Assembly: GCF_036321535.1 (NCBI RefSeq)
Contig: NC_087437.1
Coordinates: forward strand, 100,752,001 to 100,816,000
Direction: 5' to 3'
Length of the DNA stretch: 64,000 bases
From: Camelus dromedarius
Taxonomy: Eukaryota
Every line of letters starts with the position of its first letter. The stretch's first letter is position 1. Both the position numbers and the translations under genes were made by a program. The notes beneath the pieces are model-generated. The model ran no database searches, was not told the DNA's origin, and worked only from the letters and a program-made list of their open reading frames with translations. Positions 13,161-27,561 of this stretch are shown here, one piece after another.

Positions 13161-16100
13161 CTTTTTAAAGTGAAGTATAATTGACTTATAATATTATTAG
13201 TTTCAGGGTACAATGTAGTGATTTAGTATTTTATAGATTACAAAATGATCACCGCAGTAAGTCTAGTTACCATCAGTTGCCATACAAAGTTATTACAATA
13301 TTGTTGACTATCTTTCCTACGCTGTACATTACATCCCTATGACTTTTATAACTGGAAGTTTGTACCTCTTAATCCCCTTCACCTGTATTTTGCCCATTCC
13401 ATCCCTCTGGAAACCACCAGTTTGTTCTCTGTATATATGAGTCTTTTGTTTGTTCATTTGTTTTTGAGATTCCACATAAACTGTGAGTTGGTATTTCATA
13501 TGGTAATTGTCTTTCTCTGACTGACTTCATAATACCCATTAGGTCCATCTATGTTGTTGCAAATGACAAGGTTTCATTCTTATTTATGGCTGAGGAATAT
13601 TCCACTGTATACGTATACCACATCTTTATCCATTCATTTAACAATGGGTACATAGGTTACTTCTATACCCTGGCTATTGTAAATAAATTATGCAATGGAC
13701 ATGGTGTACAAATATCTTTTAGATTTAGTGTTTTTATTTTCTTTGGAAAAATACCCAGAAGTGGAATTGCTGAATCATATAGTAGTTCTGTTTTTAATTT
13801 TTTTGAAGAACCTTCCTACTATTTCCATAGTGGTTGCACCAATTTACACTCCCACTAACAGTGCATGAGAGTTCCCTTTTCTCCACATCATCAACACTTA
13901 TTTCTTAATTTTTTGGTAATAGCCATTTGGACAAGTGGGAGGTGATACTGTGATTTTTATTTGCATTTCCCTGATGAATTAGTGATGTTGAGCACTTTTT
14001 CATGTGTTTGCTGACCATGTGTATGTTTTCTTTGAAAATATGTCTATACAGGTCCTCAGCCCATTTTTAAATCGGATTGTTTGGTTTTTTGATAGAGTTG
14101 TATGAGTTCTTTATATGTTTTGGATATTAACCACTTATCAGACATATCACTTGCAAGTATCTTCTCCCATTCATTAGGTTGCCTTTTTGTATTGTTGATG
14201 GCTTCCTTTGCTGTGCAAAAATTTTTACTTTGATGTAGTCCCATTTATTCGTTTATGCTTTTATTGCCCTTGCCTGAGGAGGCAGTTTCAAAAAAAAATT
14301 AGATCTATATAAAATATAAACTCTAATACTGTTGTCAAAGAGCTTATTGTTTTCTTCTAGGAGTTCTGTGTTTTCAAGTCTTGTAATTAAGCTTTCAATG
14401 CATTTTGAGTTTATTTTTGTATATGGTATAAGAAATCTAGTTTTAATTTTTTTTTTGTGTAGCTGTCCAATTTTCCCAACATTGTTTATTGAAGAGACTG
14501 TCTTTTCCCCACTGTATATTTTTGCCCCTTTTGTCAGAGATTAATTGACAATATAAACACAGGCTTATTTCTGGGTTCTTTACTCAGTTTTATTTATCTA
14601 CATGTCCATTTTTGTACCAGTAGTGTGCGGTTTCTATTACTATAGCTTTGTGATATAGTTGGAAATCAGGGAATGTATTACCTCCAGCTTTATTCTTCCT
14701 CAAGATTGCTTTGGCTTTTTGGGGTCTTTTGTAGATGCATACAAATTTTAGGATTGTTTGTTCCAGTTTTGTGAAAAATGTCATGGGTATTTTGATAGGC
14801 ATTGCACTTAATCAGTAGATTTCCTTGGTAGTATGGACATTTTAACAGTCCATGAGCGTGGTTTATCCTTCCATTTATTTGGGTTATTATCATTTTCTTT
14901 CTTCACTGTGTTAGTTTTCAGAGCACAGGTCTTTCACCTCCTTGGTTAAATCCATTCCTAGGTATTTTATTTTTTGGTGCAATGGTAAATGTGATTTGTT
15001 TAATTTCTTTCTAATACGTCATTATTAGTGTGTAGAAATGAAGCAGATTTCTGTATATTGTATCCTGCAACTTTAGTGATTCAATTTATTAATTCTAATA
15101 GTTTTTCTGGTGGTTTTCTATATATAATATCGTGTCACCTGCAACAGTGATAGTTTTAATTTTTCCTTTTCAATTTGGATGCCTTTTGTCTCTTTTTCTG
15201 TCTGATTGCTGTGGCTAGTACTTTTAATACTATATTGAATTAAAGTGTTGGGAAGGAGCATTCTTGTCTTGTTCCTGATTTTAGAGGAAAAGCTTTCAGC
15301 TTTTCACTATTGAGTATGATGCTAGTTGTGGGCTTGTCATATATGGCTTTTATGTTGAGGTACTCCATACTCACTTTAAGAGGTTTTAACATAAATGGAT
15401 GTTGAAATTTGTTAAATACGTTTTCGGAATCTATTGAGATGATTATGTGATTTTTATCCTTTATTTTGTTAACGTGGTGTATCAGACTGACTAATTTGTG
15501 GATGTTGAACCATCCTTACATCCCTGAAATTATCCCATTTAATCATGGTATATGACCCTAGTAATGTCTTGTTTAATTTGGTTTGCTAATATTTTGTTGA
15601 GGATTTTTACATTTATGTTCATCAGGAATATTGGCTTGCAATTTTTTTTTTTTTTTTGTGGTGTCTGTGATTTTGGTATTAAGATAATGCTGATCTCAGA
15701 ATGAGTTTGGGGTTGCTTCTTCACTTTTTTGGGGGTAATTTGAGAATAGATATATTAGCTTTTCTTTTAAATATTTGCCAGAATTCCCCTGTGAAGCCAT
15801 TGATCCTGGACGTCTGTTTGTTGGGAGTTTTTTGATTACTGCTTCAGTTTAATCACTAGTAATTGGTCTGTCAGATTTTCTCTTCCTGATTCAGTCTTGG
15901 GAAATCTGTTTCTAGGGAATTTATCCATTTCTTCTAGGTTATCCAATTAGTTGGCATATAATTGTTTGTAGTAATCTCTTATGACTTAGTAATCTCTTAT
16001 GATTCTATTTTGTGGTATCCATTGTAACTTCTCTCATTTGAGTCTTGCCAAAGATTTATCAATTTTATCTTTTCAAAGTATCAGTTCTTAGTTTCATGGA

Positions 16101-19100
16101 TCTTTCTTTGGCTCTATTTTATTTATTTCTTGTCAGATCTTTATTATTCCCTTCTTTCTTCTAACTTTGGGTTTTTTTTTTTCTTTTAGTTCCTTTAGAT
16201 GTAATGTTAGATTATTTGAGTTTTTTTTTTTTCTTATTTTTTGAGGTACGCCTGCAATGCTATGAACCTCTCTCCTAGAACTGCTTTTGCTGTGTCCCAT
16301 AGATTTTGGAAAGTTATTTTCATTTTTATTTGTCACATTTTTTTGTTTTCCTCTTAGAGTTCTTTGGCACACATTGGTTGTTTAGTAATATGTTGTTTAG
16401 TCTCTGAGCTTTTTCCAGTTTTCTTCTTGTAATTGATTTCTAGTTAAATACCTTTTGTGGTCAGACAAGATGCTTGATATAACTTCAGTTTTCTTAAATT
16501 TATTGATTTATTTTATGGCTTAGCATGTGATCTATCCTGGGAAATGTTCTATGTGCACTTGAAAAGAACGTGTATTCTGCAGTCTTGGGATGAAATGTTC
16601 TATTAAGTATTAAATGTATTAAGTCTGTCTGGTCAAATGTATCATGCAAGGCCAGTGTTTCCTTATTGTTTTTGTCTGGATGCTGTGTACATTAATGTGA
16701 GTGGGGTATTGAAGTCCTCTATTGTATTACCCTGAATTTCTCCCCTTATATCTGTTAATTTTTTTTAATGTATTAGGTGATCCTATGTTGGGTACATAAA
16801 TATTCACAAATGTTATATCCTCTTTCTGGAGTGACCCCTTTAATTGTGTAATGTCCTACTTCGTCTTTTGTTACAAAGTCTATTTTGTATGGTGTGAATA
16901 TTGCTATCCCAGCTTTTTGTTTCCATTTGCATGGAATATCTTTTTTTCATCCCTTTAATTTTAGTCTGTCTGTTTATATCTGAAGTGAGTCTCTTCTAGG
17001 AAGCATATAGATAGGTCTTGATTTTTTAAAAAAATTCATTCACTCTGTTTTTTTGATTGGAGTATTTAGTCCATTGACAGTAAAAGTGATTACTGATAGG
17101 TATATACTTATTGCCATTTTGTTAATTGTTTCGAGGTTGTTTTTGTCTTTCTTCTCTCTTCATTTCTTTTTCCCTGAATCTTCCTCCTTTGTGGTTTGAT
17201 ACCTCATTTTTAGTGTTTGGATACTTTTTACTTTATTTTTTGTGTAATGATGGTAGGTTTTTTTGTGGTTATCATGAGGTAGACAGTTTATTTTAAGCTG
17301 GTAGTTGCTTAAGTATAAACACATTGTAAAATCACTGCATTTAACTCCCCCAACATGTTTTGTTTTTGATAGTCTATTTTACACCTTGTAATTTTTTGTA
17401 TTGCTTATTAACTCCTTAACTACTTATTATGTTATAGTTGATTTTACTACTTTTGTATTTCAACTTAAAAACTGGCTTTTTAAGTGGCTGATCCCCTGCC
17501 TTTCCTACATATTTGCCTTTACCAGTGAGAATTGTTTTTTTCATGTATTTTCTTATTTATAGTTATAGCCTTTTTGTTTTTTGCTTAAAGAAGACCCTTT
17601 AAAGTTTCCTGTAATTCTGGTTGAGTGTTAATGAAGTGCCTTAGTTTTTGCTTATCTCGGGGAATCTTTATCTCACCTTCAATTCTGAATGATAACTGTG
17701 CTGGGTACGGTATTATTGATTGTATTTTTTTTTTTTTGCATATATTCACTTTAAATATGCTACCCTTCTGGCCTTCAAAGTTTTTGCTGAAAAATCAGTT
17801 GACAGGCTTATGGGGTTTCCTTTTCATGTGACTAGATGTTTTTCTTTTGCTGCCTTTAAAATTCTCTAACTTTTGCCATCTTATTTGTAAGGTCTTCATG
17901 TGTAGCTTTGGATTCATTTTTATTTGAAACTTTGTTTTTTTGGACACAGATATCTGTTTCCTTCTCCAGGTTAGAGTTTTCAGCCATTACTTCTTCAAAT
18001 AAGTTTCTTGCCCCTTTTACCTTCTGGAACTTCTATAATGTGACATAATGTGACTATTAGTACACCTGATGTTGCCCCAGAAATGCATTAAACTAGCCTC
18101 ATTTTTAAAAATTATTTTTCCCTTTTTTGATTGGGTAATTTCCTTCATTACATCTTTTAGATCACTCATCTATTCTTTGTCATCTAATCTACTGTTGATT
18201 CCTTTAATGTACTTTTCATTTTAGTTATTCTTCAGCTCTGATTGTTTCTTATTTTCTAACTCTTTGTCAAAGTTCCCATTGTATTCTTCCTTTCTTCTTC
18301 TGAATTCAGTTAGCATCTTGGTGACTATTACTTTGAATGCTTTATCAGGTTATTTACTTATCTCCATTTCATTAGGGATTTTTTCCCCCCTGGGACTTTA
18401 TTTTGTTCTTTTTTGGGGGAAACATACTCTTCGATCTCCTCATTTTGTTTTGGTTTCTGTTTGTTTCTATGAATTAGGCAAAACATCTGCCTCTCCTGGT
18501 CTTGAAAGTATGGCCTTGTGTATGAGTGTCCCCTGTGTTAAACTGTATGCTGACAGCTGAACCTGGAGCAGATGCAGCCCAGGGGTCCCAGGGTGTACCA
18601 CACCAGGGCCATCCTGGTGGGATGGCTGGAGCTGGAGTGGGTGTGGCCTGGGGATATCCTGGTGTGGGCCATGCCAAGGTTGCCTTGGAAGACAGCTGTA
18701 GGTAACGTGCGCCAGGGACCTGGGGTGTGCTGGGGGGCCTTTGGAGGCCAGCTAGAGTGCCTGGACCATGTTTCCACTTGCGCTATCAAGGTGGAGGGGG
18801 AGCACAAAAAATAGTGCTTTCTGGTGCCTCCAACTGAGTTCCAGCAGTTTCCTGCCTGTTTGATAGATGCCCTAGTGTTAATACATGGATTTTCTTCACA
18901 TACAGTCTAGATGCTCTGTAAACTGCTGGAGATTTTTTCTTTTTTTGGCTGATTTTGTTTGTTTTTTGCTGAGCCCCAGGGCAGGTAAGTCTGTATGGGA
19001 ACTACTCCGTAATATCCCTCCCTAATGCAGTTTGATGAGTCAGGGGTGGGGTTTTTGTCAGTACCATGTCTCCACCTCTCTTACCCATCTCTATCTGGTC

Positions 19101-19240
19101 CTTCTGTCACTTGTTGTGCAGAAGCTGTTCAATCAGCCTTCAGTTTTTTTCAGGAAGAAGTGCTCTGTGTGTAGGTTTAGATTCAACATGTCTGGGAGGA
19201 GGTGAGTTCAGGGTCTTCCTGCCATCTTGGACCAGAACTC
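13161..19240 (-). mobile_element. Near full-length (~6 kb) degenerate L1
   Basis: Several ORF2 fragments on the - strand in the ORF track, a 3' UTR at left, and a GC-richer 5' UTR ending gccatcttgg at about 19230. Confidence 0.92.
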
Positions 19241-20255
19241 TTGCCTTTTTACTTTTGAAGCACAGAATACACACACACAGAGGTGCACACACATGCACAC
19301 ACCCACACGTATGTGTATAAAGGCTGTTAGTACAACATTAAGTAAAATTCAGACTGAGAAATTTAATTGGGAAAAATCAAGTTAGAATGTTTATTATTAA
19401 AAGCACATTCTGAGGAATTAAAAGAAGATAGAGGAATAAACACACATTTACTTTCATTTTTACAAAGTCTCAACCAGGCATTGATTTAAAAAAATAAATA
19501 TTTGGTATGAATTTCCTCTATAATGCCCATGTGTATAATAAAACTAAAAAAAGTAAAATAACCATTTGTTTTAAATTTAACTGAATCTGACCCCAACTTC
19601 TAAGTCATCAGGGTTGTGCACTACCTAATATCAAACACTATATGAAGAGAGAGAAACTTGTACAAAATTCGTAAGTCCCCAAATTAGGACTCTGATTTTT
19701 TCAGTATGTTAGGGGCAGGAGTGAAGTACCATCTGTTTGTGTCAACTAGGGACAGGAACTTTCACCAAGATTTCTAAAGCCCAGGGGATAGTGTCTGGAT
19801 TGCTTAGGCATATCTTGGAAGCCGTATCTGTCTAGAGAGCTGTGGATAGGTGGGAACCAGTTGTTTGTGAATTCAAGAAAATTTCAAGCTCCCATTATCA
19901 TCCCAGACTGGCAAATACAAGTTTTCTCCTTGGTTGGAGTCACTTTTCTTACTTGGAGAGCTGCCAGAAGTAACTTCTTTTCTCAGTGGATCTCCAACTT
20001 CTAAATAATTCCTAGGGGTAGTTTGTATCAGCCAGACTCACTCAGGTGTAAGATACAAGAACCAAAGTCATTGAAGCACATAATGCAAGTTTATTTGCTT
20101 AAAGATGGGAACTCCCTGGGAACCACTGCCATTCTCACACCCTTGGCTTCTTCCTGTTTTTTTTTTTCCCTTCATTTCTATTATACTATAAATATAGGCT
20201 ATCCTATATCTTAAGGATACCTCCTTGACTTGAAGTCTCATTTTTTCTATTTTCT

Positions 20256-23196
20256 TTCTTTTTAACATTTTTTATTGATTTATAATCATTTTACAATGTT
20301 GTGTCAAATTCCAGTGTAGAGCACAATTTTTCAGTTATACATGGACATTTACACACTCATTGTCACATTTTTTTCTCTGTGAGCTACCATAAGATCTTGT
20401 ATATATTTCCCTGTGCTGTACAGTATAATCTTGTTTATCTATTCTACAATTTTGAAATCCGAGTTTATCTCTTCCCACCCCCTGCCCCCTTGGCAACCAC
20501 AAGTTTGTATTCTATGTCTGTGAGTCTATTTCTGTTTTATATTTATGCTTCTTTTTTTTTTTTTTTAAATTCCACATATGAGCATTCTCATATGGTATTT
20601 TTCTTTCTCTTTCTGGCTTACTTCACTTAGAATGACATTCTCCAGGAGCATCCATGTTGCTGCAAGTGGCGTTATGTTGTTGGTTTTTATGGCTGAGTAG
20701 TATTCCATTGTATAAATATACCACTTCTTCTTTATCCAGTCATCTGTTGATGGACATTTAGGCTGTTTCCATGTCTTGTCTATTGTAAATAATGCTGCTA
20801 TGAACATTGGGGTGCAGGTGTCATCCTGAAGTAGGGTTCCTTCTGGATATATGCCCAGGAGCGGGATTCCTGGGTCATATGGTAAGTCTATTCCTAGTCT
20901 TTTGAGGAATCTCCATACTGTTTTCCACAGTGGCTGCACCAAATTGCATTCCCACCAGCAGTGTAGGAAGGTTCCCTTTTCTCCACAGCCTCTCCAGCAT
21001 TTGTCATCTGTGGATTTTTGAATGATGGCCATTCTGACTGGTGTGAGGTGATACCTCATTGTAGTTTTGATTTGCATTTCTCTGATAATTAGTGATACTG
21101 AGCATTTTTTCATGTGTCTATTGATCATTTGTATTTCTTCCTTGGAGAATTGCTTGTTTAGGTCTTCTGCCCATTTTTGGATTTGGTTGTTCATTTTTTT
21201 CTTATTAAGTTGTATGAGCTGCTTATATATTCTGGAGATCAAACCTTTGTTGGTTTCATTTGCAAAAATTTTCTCCCATTCTGAAGGTTTTTTTGTTTTA
21301 CTTATGGTTTCCTTTGCTGTGCAGAAGCTTGTAAGTTTCATTAGGTCCCATTCATTTATTCTTGCTTTTATTTCTTCTAGGAGAAAATTTTTGAGATGTA
21401 TGTCAGATAATGTTTTGCCTATATTTTCCTCTAGGAGGTTTATTGTATCTTGTCTTATGTTTAAGTCTTTGATCCATTTTGAGTTGATTTTTGTGTATGG
21501 TGTAAGGGAGTGTTCTAGCTTCATTGTTTTACATGCTGCTGTCCAGTTTTCCCAGCATCATTTGCTGAAGAGACTGTCTTTATTCCATTGTATATTCTTG
21601 CCTCCTTTGTCAAAGATTAGTTGACCAAAAGTTTGTGGGGTCATTTCTGGGCTCTCTATTTTGTTCCGTTGGTCTATATGTCTGTTTTTGTACCAATACC
21701 ATGCTGTCTTGATGACTGTAGCTCTATAGTACTGTCTGAAGTCTGGGAGAGTTATTCCTCCAGCCTCTTTCTTTTTCTTCAGTAATGCTTTGGCAATTCT
21801 AGGTCTTTGATGGTTCCATATAAATTTTATTATGATTTGTTCTAGTTCTGTGAAATATGTCCTGGGTAATTTGATAGGGATTGCATTAAATCTGTAGCTT
21901 GCCTTGGGCAGTGTGACCATTTTAACTATATTGATTCTTCCAATCCAAGAGCATGGGCTATCTTTCCATTTTTTAAAGTCTTCTTTAATTTCCTTCATCA
22001 GTGGTTTATAATTTTCTGTGTATAAGTCTTTCACCTCCTTGGTTAGATTTATTCCTAGGTATTTTATTACTTTGGGTGCTGTTTTAAAGGGGATCGTTTC
22101 TTTACTTTCTTTTTCTGTTGATTCATCATTAGCATAAAGAAATAGAACTGATTTTTGAATGTTAATCTTGTAACTTGCTACCTTGCTGAATTCTTCGATC
22201 AGCTCTAGTAGTTTTTGTGTGGACCTTTTAGGGTTTTCTATAGTAACATGTTGTCGGCATATAGTGACACTTTTACCTCTTCTTTTCCGATTTGGATCCC
22301 TTTTATTTCTCCCTCATCTGATTGCTGTGGCTAGGACTTCCAAGACTATGTTGAATAGGAGTGGTGATAGTGGGCATCCTTGTCTTGTCCCAGATTTTAG
22401 TGGGAAGCTTTTGAGTTGTTCACCATTGAGTACTATGTTGGCTGTAGGTTTGTCATATATAGCTTTTATTATGTTGAGATATGTTCCCTCTAAACCCACT
22501 GTGGTGAGAGTTTTTATCATAAATGGGTGTTGAATTTTATCAGATGCTTTTTCTGCATCGATTGAGATGATCATGTGGTTTTTGTCCTTTCTCTTGTTGA
22601 TGTGATGTATTACATTGATTGATTTGCGTATGTTGAACCAGCCTTGTGTCCCTGGGATGAACCCCACTTGGTCATGATGTATAATCTTTTTTATGTGTTG
22701 TTGGATTCTATTTGCTAATATTTTGGTGAGGATTTTGGCATCTATGTTCATCAATGATACTGGCCTATAGTTCTCTTTTCTGGTAGTGTCTCTGCCTGGT
22801 TTTGGTATCAGGGTGATGGTGGCTTCATAGAATGAGTTTGGGAGTATTCCCTCCTTTTCAAGCTTCTGGAAGAGTTTGAGAAGGACTGGTATGAGTTCTT
22901 CTTTGTATGTTTGGTAGAATTCCCTGGTGAAGCCATCCAGTCCTGGACTTTTATTTGTAGGGAGGTTTTTCTATTGCTATTTCAATTTCATTTCTAGTGA
23001 TCGGTTTGTTCATGTGGTCAGTTTCTTCTTGATTCAGTCTTGGTGGACAGTATGTTTCCAGAAACTTGTCCATCTCCTCTAGGTTATCCAGTTTGGTTCC
23101 TTATAGTTTTTCATAATATTCTCGTATGATATTCTGTATTTCTATTTTATTTGCTGTAATTTCTCCATTATTCTTTCTTATTTTGCTAATTTGTGC
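20256..23196 (-). mobile_element. Young 5'-truncated L1 (ORF2 RT + C-terminal domain)
   Basis: ORFs of 319, 158 and 146 aa with RT motifs ([18 protein letters not shown]) and CCHC region. TSD tctcattttttc(t/c)attttct at 20236-20255 and 23197-23216. Confidence 0.97.
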
Positions 23197-23873
23197 TCTC
23201 ATTTTTTCCATTTTCTTAACATACACAGCCTCAAATCAGTGGAGTGACTCCAACACTACACTGAGATTGTTCTTGTCAGGGTTGTTTATGCTTCTAAATC
23301 CCACATACTTCTCTTTCTTGGTGTTTAGAAGCATTAGTTAAAATGAGACCATTTTCTCCTTTTGGAACACATTTTTCTCTTGGATTTTATGATAATATCC
23401 TAAACTGACTTTCTCTCTAGCCACTGCATTTTAGTTCATTTTGATCTTGCTTTCATTTCATCTTTAAAATATTGTAATACTGAAGGCTTAATTCTTAGAC
23501 TTCATTCCCCTGTGGTTTCATTCATTCTCATGTACATAAACATATATATTTAGATTCTGAATATGTGTGTACTTAGCTCTGACTTATACTGCAACTCTAA
23601 ATTTGCTAATCCATATTTGATTACCTATTTTATATCTCTACATCATTGTTTAATAGGCACTTCAAACTTAATAAGAACAAAATTTTATTTCCTCTTGCAT
23701 TATCAGAAATGGCTAAACTGTCCATCTGATTCAAACAAAATATAAATCTTACTCAAAACCTACCTTTATTGATGACTGAGAATGAATAGAAGAATAAAGA
23801 GGTGCTAGGTGCCACACTGATACCTGGGATACCTCACAGCATCGTAGGCAGCTTCCTAAATATTCTTTTCCAG

Positions 23874-23990
23874 GCTGGATATATTTTGATATTTTGGTTT
23901 TGGAGAAACTGAGCACTTCCTCTGTAACTTACAAGTCGTTTAAGGGAGACATCAAGTTGTGGAGACTCAGCGTTTATACTTGCTAGTGTG
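23874..23990 (+). pseudogene. Pseudo-exon, spectrin repeat helix B
   Basis: Acceptor ttcttttccag (23873). HFLCNLQVV*GRHQVVETQ resembles GKHLLGVEDLLQKHTLVEAD. Confidence 0.4.
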
Positions 23991-24107
23991 ACTTTCATTC
24001 CTCAGTATAGCTGCACTCCATAAATCCAGAAATTTCAGGTTTAAAAATGTCTGTTTTTTAAAATAATAATTTAGACCTTTGATTCTTAACCACGATTCCA
24101 GAGAGCC

Positions 24108-24350
24108 TTGGGGTTACATAAAAGAGTGAGATTTAAAAAATCATTTGAGTTGAGCATGCCATGTGATGTCAGTACTCATGATGATGGACATGAGCAAGTA
24201 GTCTTTCTGTCCCTTACAGAAGTGCACAGCAGGACCATTCTCACTGAATCTAGTCTATTCTCATTCTTGACCCAAGTCTGGGGAGGCCATTGATAATTGG
24301 TGAGCTCTGAATTATATGGAGGCAATGAACTGATAGCAGTCCATTACTTG
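24108..24350 (+). pseudogene. Pseudo-exon, spectrin repeat (beta-spectrin-like GHD loop)
   Basis: One frame reads KRVRFKKSFEL...VSTHDDGHEQVVFLSLTEVH...**...GNELIAVHY. The middle block aligns ungapped with recalled SPTBN1 VSSSDVGHDEYSTQSLVKKH (8/20 identical). GNELI..HY fits the GxxLIxxxHY helix-B end. Confidence 0.7.
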
Positions 24351-27322
24351 AATTCACACAGTCTACCCTTATGCACTTCAGAGTGACTTAAAGGAGTAAA
24401 CAAACTTTTGGGTGTAATAGAAAATTGGAATGATATTCTAAAGGAATTTTTTTGCTTCATGACTCACCTGCCCCGACTTTGTGTTAGAAACATTGTGTTA
24501 AAAAAAAAATTCAACTGAGAAAATCTAAAAATCTAATGGGTTTTATTCAGCTACTCATGAATCAGGCAGCATCCCGTCTAGTAAATAGAAAGGTGCTCTG
24601 AGGACCTGTGTGCAATATGGAAGGCTGCTAATGAAACAAGGCAGGGTGAAGTGACTATTAGCAAAAGAAAGAATTGTTACAGACAAGGTTACTTCACTAG
24701 TGCTGATGAGAAAATCCCAGAAATTCTACTCTGGGGAGAGGTTGAAACTACAATTAAGTCTTGGTTTGCTGTCCTCGGGGGTCAAGTGGTTCCACTTGTG
24801 TCTGTAGTTTCTTTTTTCCCCTCTTTTTTTTCTAATCCTGCCTTTTAAAAAAAAAAAATCAAATTCTCAGTCTGAGAGATGATGTATTTAGGTATTAGGA
24901 TCACTCTTAGCCACCACTCAGTGTCCTCAGCTTTGTTGATTTTTGCTGTTGCATCCATAGAAGATGATGTTTCCCCTACTCCTTGTGACATTCTCAGGTC
25001 AAAGTTTCAGGTTCATAATCCTTAAATCGGTCATTTTCTTTGATTTTCTGATATTCCAGTTTTAGGGAGATCATGTGTTTGGTTAGCAGCTGAGAATATG
25101 CATCTAAAGCTTTTTAGAGAGTACAATGCAGCAGCAACATTATAAGGAGGATAATTCCCAATGTTTAGAGCATCCTTTGAGTCATGGTCCCCAAGGCCCA
25201 AACTGATCAAAGAAAGGCCCCACTGAAGGAGTCACCTTTCTAAGCCAAGTGGCTTACTCAGTGATTTTGCATAACTGAATTTCAGCTTCCCTAAAAATAT
25301 TGATTCAGGTAGAGCAGATGATGTGGGCCACAGTGCAGATACCTCCTTGTCCAACTGAAAAATAATTAAGGGCTATCATATTATCAAGTACAACCTTAGC
25401 CAGAGAGTCTAAGGACTTTTTCTGCTGGACAGCTAATGTCTTAACAATGGAATTTGCAAATACCATCAAGGGGGTTAAGGGAAGGTTTCTGATCATATTC
25501 TCTTTTGCATTTACTCCTAACCAGGACATGGATCTATTCACAGGGATTGCTGCACTTAACCATTCCGTCCAAAGGTCAGTCATGTTTTTAGTACATGTGT
25601 GAAGGGAATCTCCTAGCCTGAAATAGTCATCCTAAATGCCTCACAAGTACAGATTGCTTAAGTGGGAGCAAGTCTAATCCAGATAGTTATAGACAGATCA
25701 GAATCTTTGACAAATCCAGAAATCTAAAGGGTTGCCCCCATAGCAAGGGACTACAAGATACAGATGAGGGTGTTACCTTTCCGGGCCAATGCCGGAGTAG
25801 AAGAAAGAAAAAGGAGAAAGTATTTTATATTTAAAATATGAAGTCTTAATTTGTTGTCTAGTGTGGAAGCAGTCTCCCTTGATGTCAGCTACTTGTCTTC
25901 CTCTGTGATTTGATTCAGAGGTGTCCGGCATTTTTACAGGGCCAGGTGTCAGCTGGCTCCTCTTCAGTTGTGAGTTGTATATGTAAGGTTCAAGTTCTTC
26001 AAATTTGACTGCCATTTCAGGAGTGAGAAGAACCTGGTATGGTCCTTCCGAGGAGATTTAAGGGCAGTCTTTGTTGCTAATGATTCCAAATCAGAAGGGT
26101 GGGAGAAAACTGGAAGGGTTTGGTCAGTTGCAGCCAGATATTTGAGTAAACTGGAAGAATTCAGGATCTGTTTTTTCCATTAGTTCTCTTGACCTTGCCT
26201 GATGACTGAGGATGATGGGGACGGTGATAATCCTATGAAGTTTGCGAGGTTTTCATTAAGGCTTGTATGGTTTGCCCTGTGAAGTGGGTGCCTGGATACG
26301 TGGATATTGTGAAAGATACCTTAAATGGGAAACACATTTTCTAACGGTTTCTTGGTCACCGTAAGGGAATCAGCCTTGTGGCAGGGGAAGCCATCTGGAA
26401 GACATACACAGTACAAGAGCGTATTGACAAGTCATATTAAGTGGCAGTTGAGTGAAGTGTTTAAAGGGTACAGAGGAGGGAGGCCACTAGGCTCAAATGT
26501 AGTTTTTCTTAAATGCACCATGATGGGTGAAGGAATGCGAAGACTGAAAATGGGATTTGCTATAAAGCTGGAAAAGACTGAATGGCTGTGTTGGGTTTCC
26601 TAGAACGCTGACTGTAGAGTTTACAGTCATCGTTTACCCATCATAATTTCTGATTCAGGAGCAGACTGTTGCCGTGTTACAGGGACATCAGGATGGCAGA
26701 CATCTGGCAATGAGGCCTTATTCTTAGCAGAAGCAGAACAGAACTCATCCAGTGGGCCACGGTCTTCGTAGATTCTGTGGCTACTGCATTTGCATGAAAG
26801 GCATTTAGGGTCTTTCCCTGATATTCAGGTTCAGCCCTTTTGGTGTGAACCTCAATTTTGATGACAGCAGATGCATGTGACATAGTTTTGAGGAAAACAG
26901 CCATTTAATGTCAAGGGTACTATGTTTAAGTCATCAAAGACTTAACAGATAGTTATCTTCGCAAAACACAGAATTACTGTTTTCTAGGCATATTACTTTA
27001 AAAGGTAAAGAAAATCTTAATCTCTTACCAAGAGCAAAATAATAATCCGATAAAACTTTGCTCTTTTAGCAGATGAAAGAAAATTATGTTCCAGTTTTAC
27101 ATAAGCACACTATTGATATTAAAGCTCATTCTTAAAACTCCCACAATAACAATTTAGTTTTAGCCAGCTTGATTACACAAGAGTCCTTCTCTTTTTTTCT
27201 TTCTTCCCAGCTTTCTATGGCCATAGTTTGTCTTTTATTTTCTTCCTTCTCATTTTGAAGTAATCAAAAGTTTTAGTTCGGATAAAATTACTCTCATTTC
27301 CCTTAACAAAAATTCATCTCTA

Positions 27323-27561
27323 TGGGAGATTGAGATTTGCAGATACTGACTGGTATATATAAAATAGATAAACAAGTTAATACTGTATAGCACAAGAACT
27401 ATATTCGATATCTTGTAGTAGCTTACTGTGAAAATAATATGAAAACGAATATATGAATATTCATGTATGACAGAAGCATTGTGCTGTACACCAGAAATTG
27501 ACACAATATTGTAAACTGACTATAATTCAATAAAAAAAGTAAAAAAAAAAAAAAAAAAAAG
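27323..27561 (+). mobile_element. Short L1 3' end nested in the ERV
   Basis: L1 3' UTR plus poly-A. TSD aattcatctcta at 27311-27322 and 27562-27573. Confidence 0.9.

Noticed and set aside
18474..18814. GC-richer overlapping ORFs suggesting a gene or promoter
   Set aside because: They fall within the 5' UTR region of the old L1.
19785..19850. VSGLLRHILEA resembling spectrin helix B
   Set aside because: Weak gapped similarity with no clear splice sites. Possible, but not distinguishable from chance.
21067..21624. 185-aa + strand ORF (also 36618-37148 on -)
   Set aside because: Antisense shadow ORFs of L1 ORF2.
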